From Parcubacteria group bacterium GW2011_GWA2_47_21 (GTDB taxonomy: Bacteria; Patescibacteriota; Minisyncoccia; Phycocordibacterales; DSPV01): a stretch of DNA of 57,621 nucleotides. The notes under the pieces are model-generated. The model saw only the letters and a program-made list of their open reading frames with translations, was not told the origin of the DNA and made no database searches. Below are positions 43,488 to 52,847 of this stretch, piece after piece. How positions within the stretch are numbered: the stretch's first letter is position 1; each line of letters opens with the position of its first letter. The stretch covers positions 1 through 57,621 of the forward strand of contig LCOC01000004.1 of the NCBI GenBank assembly GCA_001000545.1, written 5' to 3'. The translations under genes were made by a program, and so were the position numbers.

Positions 43488-46034
43488 ATGAAATTACTTG
43501 GGTTTCTGTTTGGCGACGAAAATCAGAAGAAAATAAAAACTTTAGAACCGCTAGTTCAAAAAATTAATGTTCTGGAGACGCAAGCCGTCGCTTTATCTCC
43601 AGACGAGCTCAAAGGGAAAACGGCGGAATTCAAGTTAAGAATTTCAAAAGACGCGGATTTAGAAGAAATTCTGCCGGAGGCCTTTGCGGTTGTCCGCGAG
43701 GCGGCCAAGAGAACGCTCGGCGAGCGGCATTTTGATGTCCAGCTTTTGGGCGGCATCGTGATGCATCGGGGCGGGATTGCCGAAATGAGGACCGGCGAAG
43801 GCAAGACCTTGGTTGCGACCTTGCCGGTTTATTTAAACGCGCTTTCCGGCAAAGGCGTTCATGTGGTAACGGTGAACGACTATCTTTCCCGCCGCGACAG
43901 CGTTTGGATGGGGCAAATTTATGACGCGCTCGGGCTTCGGGTGGGATGTATTACGTCGGATGGGAGTTATATATATGATTCAGAACACAGGCAAAATCCC
44001 GAATCCCGAATCCCGAATCCCAAACAAATTCCAAATCCCAATAATAAAAATTCAAAGGAAGATAATTTAGACGCAACCAGAGACACTTTAGGTTCCTTTA
44101 AAGTTGTTCATGAGTTTTTGCGGCCGGTTTCCCGCCGGGAGGCCTATGAGGCGGATATCACCTACGGCACCAATAACGAGTTTGGTTTTGATTACTTGCG
44201 GGACAACCTTGAGTACGAGCCGGAAAAACTTCGCCAAAGAGAGCACCGTTTTGCCGTGGTAGATGAAATTGATTCAATTTTAATAGACGAGGCGCGGACG
44301 CCTCTTATCATTTCCGCCCCGTCGGCGGAATCGGAAAGCTTGTATAAAACTTTTGCGTCCATCGTCGCTTCTTTGAAGGCGGAAGAGGATTACACAATTG
44401 ACGAGAAATTCAGGTCCATCGCTTTAACCGAGTCGGGTATAGAAAAAGTGGAGAAGAAACTTGGCGTTGATAATCTCTACGCCGAAGGCGGAGTGAAGCT
44501 TGTCCACCATTTAGAAACGGCGATTAAAGCCAAGGCGCTTTATAAACGCGACAAGGAGTACGTGGTGAAAGACAATCAGATTATTATTGTGGATGAGTTC
44601 ACCGGCCGGCTTATGGCGGGCAGGCGCTGGAGCGAGGGTCTTCATCAGGCGGTTGAAGCCAAAGAAGGCGTGCCGATTCAAAAAGAATCGCGGACTTTCG
44701 CTTCCATCACTTTTCAAAATTATTTCCGCCTTTACGCCAAACTTTCCGGTATGACCGGCACCGCGGCCACTTCCAAGGAAGAATTTTTTAAGGTTTATCG
44801 GCTGGATGTCGTGTCAATTCCCACCAATAAGCCGATGGCTCGGTTGGACCAGAACGATTTGATTTTCCAGAGCGAGCGGGGGAAGTTTAAGGCGGTCGCC
44901 AAGAAAGTGAAGGAACTCAACGGCAAGGGCCAGCCAGTTTTGGTCGGCACGGTTTCTATTGAAAAGAATGAGGTTTTGTCGGCATATCTTTCAGCGGTTG
45001 GCATACCTCACGAAGTGCTGAATGCCAAAAACCACGAGCGGGAGGGCGAAATAATCGCGCAAGCCGGCAGGCGGGGCGCCGTAACAATAGCGACCAATAT
45101 GGCTGGCCGGGGCGTTGACATCAAACTTGGCGGCAATCCGGCGAAGAGAGAAGAATACGAGGCGGTAAAAAATTCTGGCGGGCTTTTTGTTATTGGCACC
45201 GAAAGGCATGAAGCGCGGCGAATAGATAATCAGCTTCGCGGGCGTTCCGGCCGGCAAGGCGACGCCGGCGAGACCCAATTTTTTGTTTCATTGGAGGACT
45301 CGCTTATGCGGATTTTCGCCAAGGATATGCTGAAGAAGGCGATGGGGCGGATTGGCATGGCCGAGGACGAGCCGATTGAAAGCCGTCTTATTACCAAAGC
45401 GTTGGAAACCGCTCAGACCAAAATTGAAGGATTTAATTTTGACGCCCGAAAGCATGTTTTGGAATATGATGATGTGTTGAATCATCAGCGAAAAATCGTT
45501 TATGAAAGAAGGCGAGCGTTGGTGGTCGGCAAAGAAGCGGTGACCAAGGACTATTTAGGCGAATTAGCGTCAAACCATTCGGCTTTCGGCGCCGTTCTTT
45601 CCGAAAAAATCAAGGCCGTCGGCGAAAATTTGTTTTATCAACTGGCGAGGCGAGTACTTCTTCAAACCATTGATATGTTTTGGGTGGAACAGCTTGAGGC
45701 GATGGACCATCTGCGCGGGAGCGTAAATCTTCGGGCCTACGGCCAGCGCGACCCGCTGGTGGAATACAAGCGCGAGGGCCTCATGCTCTTCAAAGAAATG
45801 CAGAATTCTATCGGCGCGCAAATAATGGGCATTATTTCCAATTTGGCTACCAAAGAATCGGCCAAAGAGATGAAGCCCCTTGAAGCGATTGCCAGAGACG
45901 CCCGCGTCATCGGCGGCTCTTCAAATTCCGCTGATGTTTCAACCGTGTCTACTCCCAAAAAAACCGAGGTTGGTAGAAATGACCCCTGCTGGTGCGGGTC
46001 TGGTAAAAAGTATAAGAAATGCCATGGGAGATAA
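43488..46034 (+). CDS. secA: preprotein translocase ATPase SecA
   Basis: MRTGEGKTLVATLP (Walker A), HVVTVNDYLSRRD, DITYGTNNEFGFDYLRDN, VDEIDSILIDEARTPLIIS, TNMAGRGVDIKLGG, RGRSGRQGD, and the C-terminal zinc motif CWCGSGKKYKKCHG. Confidence 0.95.
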   Translation: MKLLGFLFGDENQKKIKTLEPLVQKINVLETQAVALSPDELKGKTAEFKLRISKDADLEEILPEAFAVVREAAKRTLGERHFDVQLLGGIVMHRGGIAEMRTGEGKTLVATLPVYLNALSGKGVHVVTVNDYLSRRDSVWMGQIYDALGLRVGCITSDGSYIYDSEHRQNPESRIPNPKQIPNPNNKNSKEDNLDATRDTLGSFKVVHEFLRPVSRREAYEADITYGTNNEFGFDYLRDNLEYEPEKLRQREHRFAVVDEIDSILIDEARTPLIISAPSAESESLYKTFASIVASLKAEEDYTIDEKFRSIALTESGIEKVEKKLGVDNLYAEGGVKLVHHLETAIKAKALYKRDKEYVVKDNQIIIVDEFTGRLMAGRRWSEGLHQAVEAKEGVPIQKESRTFASITFQNYFRLYAKLSGMTGTAATSKEEFFKVYRLDVVSIPTNKPMARLDQNDLIFQSERGKFKAVAKKVKELNGKGQPVLVGTVSIEKNEVLSAYLSAVGIPHEVLNAKNHEREGEIIAQAGRRGAVTIATNMAGRGVDIKLGGNPAKREEYEAVKNSGGLFVIGTERHEARRIDNQLRGRSGRQGDAGETQFFVSLEDSLMRIFAKDMLKKAMGRIGMAEDEPIESRLITKALETAQTKIEGFNFDARKHVLEYDDVLNHQRKIVYERRRALVVGKEAVTKDYLGELASNHSAFGAVLSEKIKAVGENLFYQLARRVLLQTIDMFWVEQLEAMDHLRGSVNLRAYGQRDPLVEYKREGLMLFKEMQNSIGAQIMGIISNLATKESAKEMKPLEAIARDARVIGGSSNSADVSTVSTPKKTEVGRNDPCWCGSGKKYKKCHGR
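43995..44022 (+). repeat. heptanucleotide tandem repeat (aatcccg x3 + aatccca) inside secA
   Basis: Units at 43995-44001, 44002-44008, 44009-44015 and 44016-44022. The translation is NPESRIPNPK. Confidence 0.9.
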
Positions 46035-46035
46035 A

Positions 46036-46194
46036 ATGAAAAAATTCAGGAGCATTGAAAAATTACATCATTTTGTTTGCCAGAAATGTAAAAGGTGGTG
46101 GACGGTTGGCGACGCACCGGTTGCCAAGAAAATCTGGTTCTGCCCGTGGTGTGGAAAGAAAAATAATTATAAAATTATGAAATCCCAGATCTGA
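46036..46194 (+). CDS. small zinc-ribbon protein (52 aa)
   Basis: CQKCKRWW...CPWCGKKN gives two CxxC pairs. The ATG lies 1 nt after the secA stop. The ORF-track entry 45880..46194 is an N-terminal over-extension into secA. Confidence 0.45.
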   Translation: MKKFRSIEKLHHFVCQKCKRWWTVGDAPVAKKIWFCPWCGKKNNYKIMKSQI

Positions 46195-46210
46195 TCTAGT
46201 TTAACATCAA

Positions 46211-46480
46211 ATGATAATCAAAAAGAAAATTTGGCCGGAGTATTTTGAAGCCGTTTCAAGCGGAAAGAAGAAATTTGAGTTGCGGCTCAATGATTTTGAT
46301 GTTTCCGAGGCGGATACTCTTGTTTTAGAGGAGTGGGACCCGCAAACCAAAGAGTATACCGGCCGGGTGGTTGAGAAAAAGGTTTCTTACGTCGGCAAAT
46401 GGAAGATTGAAGATTTGGCGGAATTTTGGCCGATTAAAGAAATCAAGGAGAAGGGCCTACAAATTATTTCTTGGGAGTAA
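46211..46480 (+). CDS. ASCH-like DUF3850-type domain protein
   Basis: KKIWPEYFEAVSSGKKKFELRLNDFDVSEADTLVLEEWD...YTGRVVEKKVSYV matches the DUF3850/ASCH pattern. Confidence 0.6.
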   Translation: MIIKKKIWPEYFEAVSSGKKKFELRLNDFDVSEADTLVLEEWDPQTKEYTGRVVEKKVSYVGKWKIEDLAEFWPIKEIKEKGLQIISWE

Positions 46481-46549
46481 TTTTTTAGTAGCTATCGGTA
46501 GATTGGTGTAAATTCGTATATCAGTATTTATCTTGTTATAATCTTACCA

Positions 46550-46963
46550 ATGCTAAAGAAAACCATCAGATTTTTTGATAAGTTGGAAGATAAAATAAGA
46601 GCCCGTCTTTCCCGCCACCCGATTGTGTATAGTTTGATTGGCGGCGTGGCGGTGGTGCTTTTTTGGCGCGGGGTTTGGATGACTGCCGATGAATTTTCGT
46701 TCTTAACCGGTCCGGTTTCCATTATTATCAGCGTTTCCGTTCTCCTTCTCATAGGATTGTTCGCGTCGTTTTTCGTCGGCGACCAAATTGTCATTTCCGG
46801 CCTCCGCAAGGAGAAAAAACTGATTGAGAAGACCGAAGAAGAGGTCAGGTCGGAACTGTCGGAATTGCCAGGCATAAAGTCCGACCTTGAACGGATTGAA
46901 AGGGAAGTCAGGCACATTGAAGAGCTTTCCGAGGAACAGAGCGCCGGTAATGAGCAGTCCTAA
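46550..46963 (+). CDS. small membrane protein (two TM helices plus charged coiled tail)
   Basis: IVYSLIGGVAVVLFWRGVWM and VSIIISVSVLLLIGLFASFFVG helices, followed by a glutamate-rich tail. Confidence 0.5.
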   Translation: MLKKTIRFFDKLEDKIRARLSRHPIVYSLIGGVAVVLFWRGVWMTADEFSFLTGPVSIIISVSVLLLIGLFASFFVGDQIVISGLRKEKKLIEKTEEEVRSELSELPGIKSDLERIEREVRHIEELSEEQSAGNEQS

Positions 46964-47583
46964 ATTCTCTCCAAATTCTCGGCGCGGATTTCTTTGGAGA
47001 TGACCTTGCCGTTCCGAGCCATTTTGTAGACCCACGCTTCGCCGGTTTGAATTTCCACATCGGCGATTTTTTCATCCGAAACGCCCTCCAAATATTTTAC
47101 GAGCGCTCTGATGCTGTTGCCGTGGGCGCTCACCAGAACATTTTTCTCCGCTTTAAGTTGAGGTAAAATTTCTTTTTCAAAATACGGAATGACCCTTTCA
47201 TAAACCATTTTAAGCGATTCGCCTTTTGGTATCGGGTGAGCGAAACTCCTCCTGATTTTTTTGAACTCATCACTACCTACTTGCTCTTTCACTTCCCACT
47301 TATTTTTACCAGTATAGATGCCGTAGTCTCGTTCGTTAAGAGCGAAGTTTTCCTTGACTGGCGCGCTTTGGCCAAGAGCGTTCATAATAATTGAAAGCGT
47401 TTCTTTGGCTCGGGAGAGGGGAGAGGTATAGACCAAATCAATCGGCAGGCCTTTAATGGCCGCCGCTGTCTTTTTGGCCTCATTTCGCCCGCTTTCGCTT
47501 AGGGGTATGTCGGTAAAGCCGGTCCAAAGGCCTTTTTCATTCCACTCGCTTTTGCCGTGACGAACGAGGATTAAGTAAGACAT
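46960..47583 (-). CDS. gpmA: 2,3-bisphosphoglycerate-dependent phosphoglycerate mutase
   Basis: LILVRHGKSEWNEKGLWTGFTDIPLSESG and VSAHGNSIRALVKYLEG. Confidence 0.85.
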   Translation of the reverse strand: MSYLILVRHGKSEWNEKGLWTGFTDIPLSESGRNEAKKTAAAIKGLPIDLVYTSPLSRAKETLSIIMNALGQSAPVKENFALNERDYGIYTGKNKWEVKEQVGSDEFKKIRRSFAHPIPKGESLKMVYERVIPYFEKEILPQLKAEKNVLVSAHGNSIRALVKYLEGVSDEKIADVEIQTGEAWVYKMARNGKVISKEIRAENLERI

Positions 47584-47739
47584 AGAATTGACCTAATTGG
47601 TCTAATTAACCTAATTGACCTAAGAAATTTCCAAATTCCAAGCACCAAATTCCAAATGCCAGTATTTAATATCCAAATTACCAATAGTTTGATTTTTGGG
47701 TTATTGAAGCGTGTTTAGAAATCAGGTGAATTAGTTCAA
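47584..47739. repeat. AT-rich word-repeat spacer (imperfect palindrome) between gpmA and eno
   Basis: attgacctaattggtctaattaacctaattgacctaa, then ttccaaattccaagcaccaaattccaaatgcc, with a partial reverse-complement arm tttagaaatcaggtgaattagttcaatt. It shares words with 14518-14691 and a 12-mer (caaattccaaat) with the secA insertion. Confidence 0.65.
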
Positions 47740-48999
47740 TTAGAAATTGTACTTTTCAAAATCCTCCTCAATTCGTAACAGCTCATTATACTTTGCCGTC
47801 CGCTCTCCGCGCGCCGGCGCGCCGGCTTTGATAAACGGCGCTCCGGTGCCGACCGCGAGGTGAGAGATGGTCGTGTCTTCGGTTTCGCCGGAACGGTGAG
47901 AAATGATAAATTCGTAATTGTTGTCGCGGGCCAATTGAATGGCCTCCAAGGTTTCTGTTACGGTTCCAATTTGGTTTAATTTGATAAGGATGGCGTTGCC
48001 CATCTTTTCTTTTATACCGGCGGCAAGGATTTTTTTGTTGGTAACGAATAAGTCGTCGCCCACCAAGAGTAGTTTCTTATCTAACCTTTGAGTCAGCCGT
48101 TTCCAACCGGCGATATCGTTTTCCGCGAGGCCGTCTTCAATCAAGCGAATCGGATATTTATTTGTCCAATTTTCGTAGAGTTCCACCAGCTCTTCAGAAT
48201 TCAAAACTTTGTTTTCACTTCTCAGCCGATAGGCGTTGCCTTCCATGAGTTCCGTGGCTGCCGCGTCAAGGCCAAGCGCGATATCTTTACCGAGCGCCAG
48301 TCCTGTTTTTTCTATGGCTTCAATAATCAATCCTATAGCCGATTCATTGGAGTGAAGAACGGGGCAAAAGCCGCCTTCATCGCCGACGGCGGTGTTCATT
48401 CTTCGCTCTGAAAGAATTTCCTTGAGTGTTTGATAAATTTCCGCTCCCGTTTGCAGCCCGGCTCTGAAGCTTTTTGCTCCGACCGGCATTATCATAAATT
48501 CTTGAATATCGGTGGAATTTTCCGCGTGCCGTCCGCCATTTAGGACATTAAACATCGGAATCGGCAGTTTTGGCGGACCATCGGCCTCCGCGATTTCTTT
48601 GAGGTATTGCCAGAGAGGCCTGGCCTCTTTTACGGCGGCGCTTTGGGCGAATGCCATTGAGACGGAGAGAAGCGCGTTGGCGCCCAGGCGGCTTTTATTT
48701 TCCGTGCCGTCTAATTCTTTTAGCTTTTTGTCCAACGATGATTGGTCAAACTCCTTTCCAATGATTTCTTTGCCGATTATTTCATTCACATTTTGAACGG
48801 CTTTTTGAACGCCTTTGCCGGAGAATCTTTGAGGGTCGCCGTCTCTAAGTTCCAACGCCTCGCGGCTTCCGGTAGATGCGCCGGCCGGCACGGCCGCTCT
48901 GCCCAAGTCGCCGCTTTCAAGCGTTATATCGGTTTCAATGGTAGGGTTACCCCGGGAATCAAGAATTTCACGGCTTTTTACGGCCTTAACTTTAAACAT
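47740..48999 (-). CDS. eno: enolase
   Basis: AVKSREILDSRGNPTIE, IKLNQIGTVTET, SHRSGETEDTTISHLAVG. Start trimmed to ATG 48999. Confidence 0.95.
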   Translation of the reverse strand: MFKVKAVKSREILDSRGNPTIETDITLESGDLGRAAVPAGASTGSREALELRDGDPQRFSGKGVQKAVQNVNEIIGKEIIGKEFDQSSLDKKLKELDGTENKSRLGANALLSVSMAFAQSAAVKEARPLWQYLKEIAEADGPPKLPIPMFNVLNGGRHAENSTDIQEFMIMPVGAKSFRAGLQTGAEIYQTLKEILSERRMNTAVGDEGGFCPVLHSNESAIGLIIEAIEKTGLALGKDIALGLDAAATELMEGNAYRLRSENKVLNSEELVELYENWTNKYPIRLIEDGLAENDIAGWKRLTQRLDKKLLLVGDDLFVTNKKILAAGIKEKMGNAILIKLNQIGTVTETLEAIQLARDNNYEFIISHRSGETEDTTISHLAVGTGAPFIKAGAPARGERTAKYNELLRIEEDFEKYNF

Positions 49000-49075
49000 A
49001 AAGGTATTATACACCGTTTGTATTTTTCAGTGTTAGCGTCGGCTGACTTTTATAGTAGAATATAGACATCTTCTT

Positions 49076-50101
49076 ATGCACCGTAAAATAGAACTCGGCT
49101 TCTTTTTAGTCATTGCTGTTTTGGCGTTGGTTTTTACTTATTTTATTTTTAAGCCCTATTTAACGGCATTGTTTTTGGCACTGGTGATTTTTATTGTTTT
49201 CAAACCAGTTCACAAAAAGATTGTGGGCGCTCTCGGCGGTAGGCCGAATCTTTCTTCGGCTCTCACGGTAGTGGTGATTTCCGCGCTCATCCTGGTGCCT
49301 TTCGCCGTTTTCGGTTCTATTTTATTTGACGAGGCGACCGACCTTTATCAGAGGATTGCAAACAATGAGATTAGGGCGGGCCTTCTCGCGCGGGCTTCAG
49401 ATTCCGTTGAAAATTTTATCGGACGTTTTGCGCCTCGGGCCGAAATTGAGTTGGAAGATTATATCGGCAACACTCTTGGTTTTGTGGTCAAAAATTTCAA
49501 CCAGGTTTTCTCCGGCCTATTTCAAGTGGCAGTCAATTTATTTGTGATGGTTCTCGGTTTATTTTTCCTATTTCGCGACGGGGATAAACTCAAAACCAAT
49601 CTGCTAGCTTTAAGCCCATTGCCTGACGCTTACGACTTGGACATTTTTGACCATGTGGAAAGGGCGGTTAATTCGGTAGTGCGCGGTTATCTGTTCATCG
49701 GCCTGATTCAAGGGCTCTTGACCGGTTTTGGTTTTGCGATTTTCGGCGTGCCGAACGCGGCGCTTTGGGGCGCCGTGGCCGCCGTTACTTCCTTGATTCC
49801 GGTTATCGGCACAGCCGCCGTGTTAATCCCCGGCATCGCTTATTTGTTTTTCGGCGGTCACTTGGGCGCGACGGCGGGTCTTTTGGTTTGGGGTGTTATT
49901 GCCGTCGGTTTGGTAGACAATATCTTAGCGCCGATTTTCATAGAGCGAGGAATCAAGATTCATCCGTTCCTTATTTTACTATCGCTTCTGGGCGGTTTGA
50001 GTTTCTTTGGTTTAACCGGGTTTCTTGCCGGCCCCGTTATTTTAAGCATTTTTGTTACTCTTATTCATTTATATCCGAGGGTAGTTAAGGACGCGGCCTG
50101 A
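49076..50101 (+). CDS. AI-2E family transporter (PerM/UPF0118)
   Basis: Eight TM-like segments and the GLIQGLLTGFGFAIFGVPNAALWGAVAAVTSLIPVIGTA family block. Confidence 0.8.
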   Translation: MHRKIELGFFLVIAVLALVFTYFIFKPYLTALFLALVIFIVFKPVHKKIVGALGGRPNLSSALTVVVISALILVPFAVFGSILFDEATDLYQRIANNEIRAGLLARASDSVENFIGRFAPRAEIELEDYIGNTLGFVVKNFNQVFSGLFQVAVNLFVMVLGLFFLFRDGDKLKTNLLALSPLPDAYDLDIFDHVERAVNSVVRGYLFIGLIQGLLTGFGFAIFGVPNAALWGAVAAVTSLIPVIGTAAVLIPGIAYLFFGGHLGATAGLLVWGVIAVGLVDNILAPIFIERGIKIHPFLILLSLLGGLSFFGLTGFLAGPVILSIFVTLIHLYPRVVKDAA

Positions 50102-50105
50102 AGGT

Positions 50106-50738
50106 ATGGGCAGACCAATTTTATCTTTTTTGACCACAGCGCTAATACTCGCCGCGCTGTTTTTACTGGCAATCCAGCTGGACTTGATTCCGCTAGTTCG
50201 GGAAGGATTTAACAAAAACCCGCTTTGGGGAGCTTCTCTATATGTTTTTTTGCTTGTTCTTGGAACGGTGATAAGCCCCGTTACCACTTTGCCGATTGTG
50301 CCGTTCGTGGCTTCGGTTTTTGGGCCGTTTGAAACCGCCGTTTTAAGCGTCTTTGGTTGGACGCTTGGCGCCGCCGCCGTGTTCGGCGTCGTGAAATTCG
50401 GCTTTCTGCCTTTTATTATTCGTTTTGTTTCGGGAAATCGGTTGGCTTATTATGAGCAATTCTTGCCGGAGAAAACACGGTTCTGGTTTCTGGTTTTGTT
50501 TCGGATGGTTGTGCCGGTGGAATTTTCCAGTTATTTAATCGCGATTTTCACTACTATTGGCTTTGGGGAATACTTGCTTGGGACGGCGATTGGCGTCTTG
50601 CCGTTCGCTTTTATTTTTTCGTATACCGGTCCGGCTTTTCTTTCAGATGATATTTTTCAATTAGGTCTTCTGGCCGTCTTCGCCATTTTGATTTTTAGCT
50701 TGGCATATTTCCTTTTAGTGCGTAGAATGAAAAAATGA
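50106..50738 (+). CDS. TVP38/TMEM64 (SNARE-associated/DedA-like) membrane protein
   Basis: FRMVVPVEFSSYLIAIFTTIGFGEYLLGTAIGVLPFAFIFSYTG matches the SNARE_assoc pattern. Confidence 0.6.
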   Translation: MGRPILSFLTTALILAALFLLAIQLDLIPLVREGFNKNPLWGASLYVFLLVLGTVISPVTTLPIVPFVASVFGPFETAVLSVFGWTLGAAAVFGVVKFGFLPFIIRFVSGNRLAYYEQFLPEKTRFWFLVLFRMVVPVEFSSYLIAIFTTIGFGEYLLGTAIGVLPFAFIFSYTGPAFLSDDIFQLGLLAVFAILIFSLAYFLLVRRMKK

Positions 50739-51637
50739 GAATCAGGCCACGGACCATAATTACTCATAATGGCAGTTTCCACGCGGATGATGTGTTTGCC
50801 GTGGCTTTACTCCTCGTTGCTCAAAAGGGTCAGGACTTCAAAGTTATCCGAAGCCGGGACCTTGAGGCGCTCGCCGAGGCCGATATAGTTGTTGATGTCG
50901 GTCGGGAGTATAAGCCGGAGGAGTTTCGTTTTGACCATCATCAAGAAGGCGGCGCTGGTGTCAGGCCGAATGGCATTCCGTACGCCTCATTCGGCTTGGT
51001 CTGGAAGCGCTTCAGCAAAGACCTGTGTTCTTCCAGAGTGGTTGCCGAAATAGTAGATGAAAAATTAGTGGCGCCGATTGACGCCATGGACAACGGCATT
51101 CAATTGTTTGAATTGACCAATTTAGGGCTTTTTCCCTATCTCATTCAGGATTTAGTGGTCGCTTTCCAGCCGACATGGAAAGAGGAGGGCGATTTGGATT
51201 CCGGATTTATGAAATTAGTCGGTGTTGCCAAAGAAATTTTGGAAAGGGAAATTACCCAAGCCGAAAGTTTGGTTGATGGAGAAGAGATGGTTCGGGCCGC
51301 GCTTCGCGAAACCCGCGATAAGAGAATTGTCGTTTTGGACAAGCCCTATCCTTGGGAGAAGGTTTTGTCCAATTCGCTTGAAACACTCTTCGTCGTTGAA
51401 CCGGAAGAAGGTGATGTCCGAAATTGGAAAGCGAAAGCCGTTCGCACCGAACCGCAATCTTTCGATGTGCGCCATCCATTTCCCATCTCTTGGGCGGGTA
51501 AAGCCGGCAGAGAATTATCCGAAGTAAGCGAGGTTCCCGACGCGCTTTTTTGCCATAACCAGAGATTTATCGCGGTGGCGAAAACCAAAGAAGGAGCATT
51601 AGCGCTCGCGAAACGAGCGCTGGAAACGCGAAAGTAA
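50735..51637 (+). CDS. MYG1/UPF0160-family metal-dependent hydrolase
   Basis: IITHNGSFHADDVFAVALL and FRFDHHQ motifs. ATGA overlap with the upstream gene. Confidence 0.75.
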   Translation: MRIRPRTIITHNGSFHADDVFAVALLLVAQKGQDFKVIRSRDLEALAEADIVVDVGREYKPEEFRFDHHQEGGAGVRPNGIPYASFGLVWKRFSKDLCSSRVVAEIVDEKLVAPIDAMDNGIQLFELTNLGLFPYLIQDLVVAFQPTWKEEGDLDSGFMKLVGVAKEILEREITQAESLVDGEEMVRAALRETRDKRIVVLDKPYPWEKVLSNSLETLFVVEPEEGDVRNWKAKAVRTEPQSFDVRHPFPISWAGKAGRELSEVSEVPDALFCHNQRFIAVAKTKEGALALAKRALETRK

Positions 51638-51726
51638 ACGCGTGAAATTTAAAAATAAGATTTAAAATAAAAAATACATACGAATCGTTTTTTACGTTTT
51701 TCGCTTCAAGTTTTTAATTTATTGAC

Positions 51727-52701
51727 ATGGCTTTCATTGACGAACTTAATATCCATCTTTCCGCCGGTCGCGGCGGTAACGGCGTCGTGCGATGGCTTCA
51801 TGAAAAAGGCAAAGAATACGGCGGGCCGTCTGGTGGAAACGGCGGCAAGGGCGGGGATGTTTACGCGCTAGCCGTCCGCGACATCGGCGCTCTTGGCCGT
51901 TACCGCGCCGTTAAGACGCTTGAAGCCGGTTGCGGCAAAGACGGAGAGGGTTTTGGCAGACAAGGAAAATCCGGTGAGCCGCTTTTTTTAGAACTGCCAG
52001 TAGGTTCTGTTATTTATAATTCTTCAACCAGGAGAAGAGTTGAACTTTTGCGCGAAGGCGACCAAACGCTTTTACTTCAAGGGGGCCGCGGCGGGCTTGG
52101 CAACAAATATTTCAAGTCCTCAACCAATACGAAGCCCAGCGAGTGGACGCTGGGAGAAAAAGGGGAGGATGCCGATTTTGCCATAGAAATTAATTTGATT
52201 GCCGACGCCGGTTTAATTGGCCTGCCTAACGCCGGTAAGTCGTCTCTGCTAAATGTTTTGACGAATGCTTCCGCAAAAGTCGGCAGTTATGCCTTCACCA
52301 CTCTTGAACCAAATCTCGGCGATTTTTACGGGTTTATCTTGGCTGATATTCCAGGACTTATTGAAGGCGCTTCGGGGGGCAAAGGACTTGGCCATAAATT
52401 TCTCCGGCACATCAAGCGCACTAAGTTGATTGCTCACCTAGTTTCGCTTGAAAACAAGAATATCAAGGAAGCGTATCAAACAATCCGCCTTGAACTCCAT
52501 GCCTACGACCAATCTTTACTAGATAAGCCGGAGATAATCATTCTGACCAAGACCGACCTTGTTTCTAAAGAGGCATTAGAAAAGGCAAAAAACACGCTTA
52601 GCGTTTTCTTTCCCGCCAAAATTTTCGCTCTTTCAATTCTGGACGATAAATCCGTAAAATCTTTTGCCGACAACCTGACAAAAATTTTACGCGGCGACTG
52701 A
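51727..52701 (+). CDS. obg: GTPase Obg
   Basis: FIDELNIHLSAGRGGNGVVRW, GGPSGGNGGKGGDVY, G1 GLPNAGKSSLL, G3 DIPGLIEGAS, G4 TKTD. Confidence 0.9.
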   Translation: MAFIDELNIHLSAGRGGNGVVRWLHEKGKEYGGPSGGNGGKGGDVYALAVRDIGALGRYRAVKTLEAGCGKDGEGFGRQGKSGEPLFLELPVGSVIYNSSTRRRVELLREGDQTLLLQGGRGGLGNKYFKSSTNTKPSEWTLGEKGEDADFAIEINLIADAGLIGLPNAGKSSLLNVLTNASAKVGSYAFTTLEPNLGDFYGFILADIPGLIEGASGGKGLGHKFLRHIKRTKLIAHLVSLENKNIKEAYQTIRLELHAYDQSLLDKPEIIILTKTDLVSKEALEKAKNTLSVFFPAKIFALSILDDKSVKSFADNLTKILRGD

Positions 52702-52847
52702 ACGCCGCTTTGCTTTTTTCGGGCGCGTCCTTATACTAATAGGCGTTCTAGTAAATAGACAACTTCAACTAATGAGATTGTGAATTTACTTTTATGGGAG
52801 ATAAACCCTTCGGAAGGGCAAGGGGTTTCGCATTCATTCAACCAAAT

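Noticed and set aside
43995-44022. Possible CRISPR or minisatellite signal from the repeated aatcccg units and the spacer word repeats.
   Set aside because: The units are 7 nt and contiguous with no spacers. The spacer elements are imperfect palindromes, not 25-40-nt direct repeats with unique spacers, and no cas genes are present.
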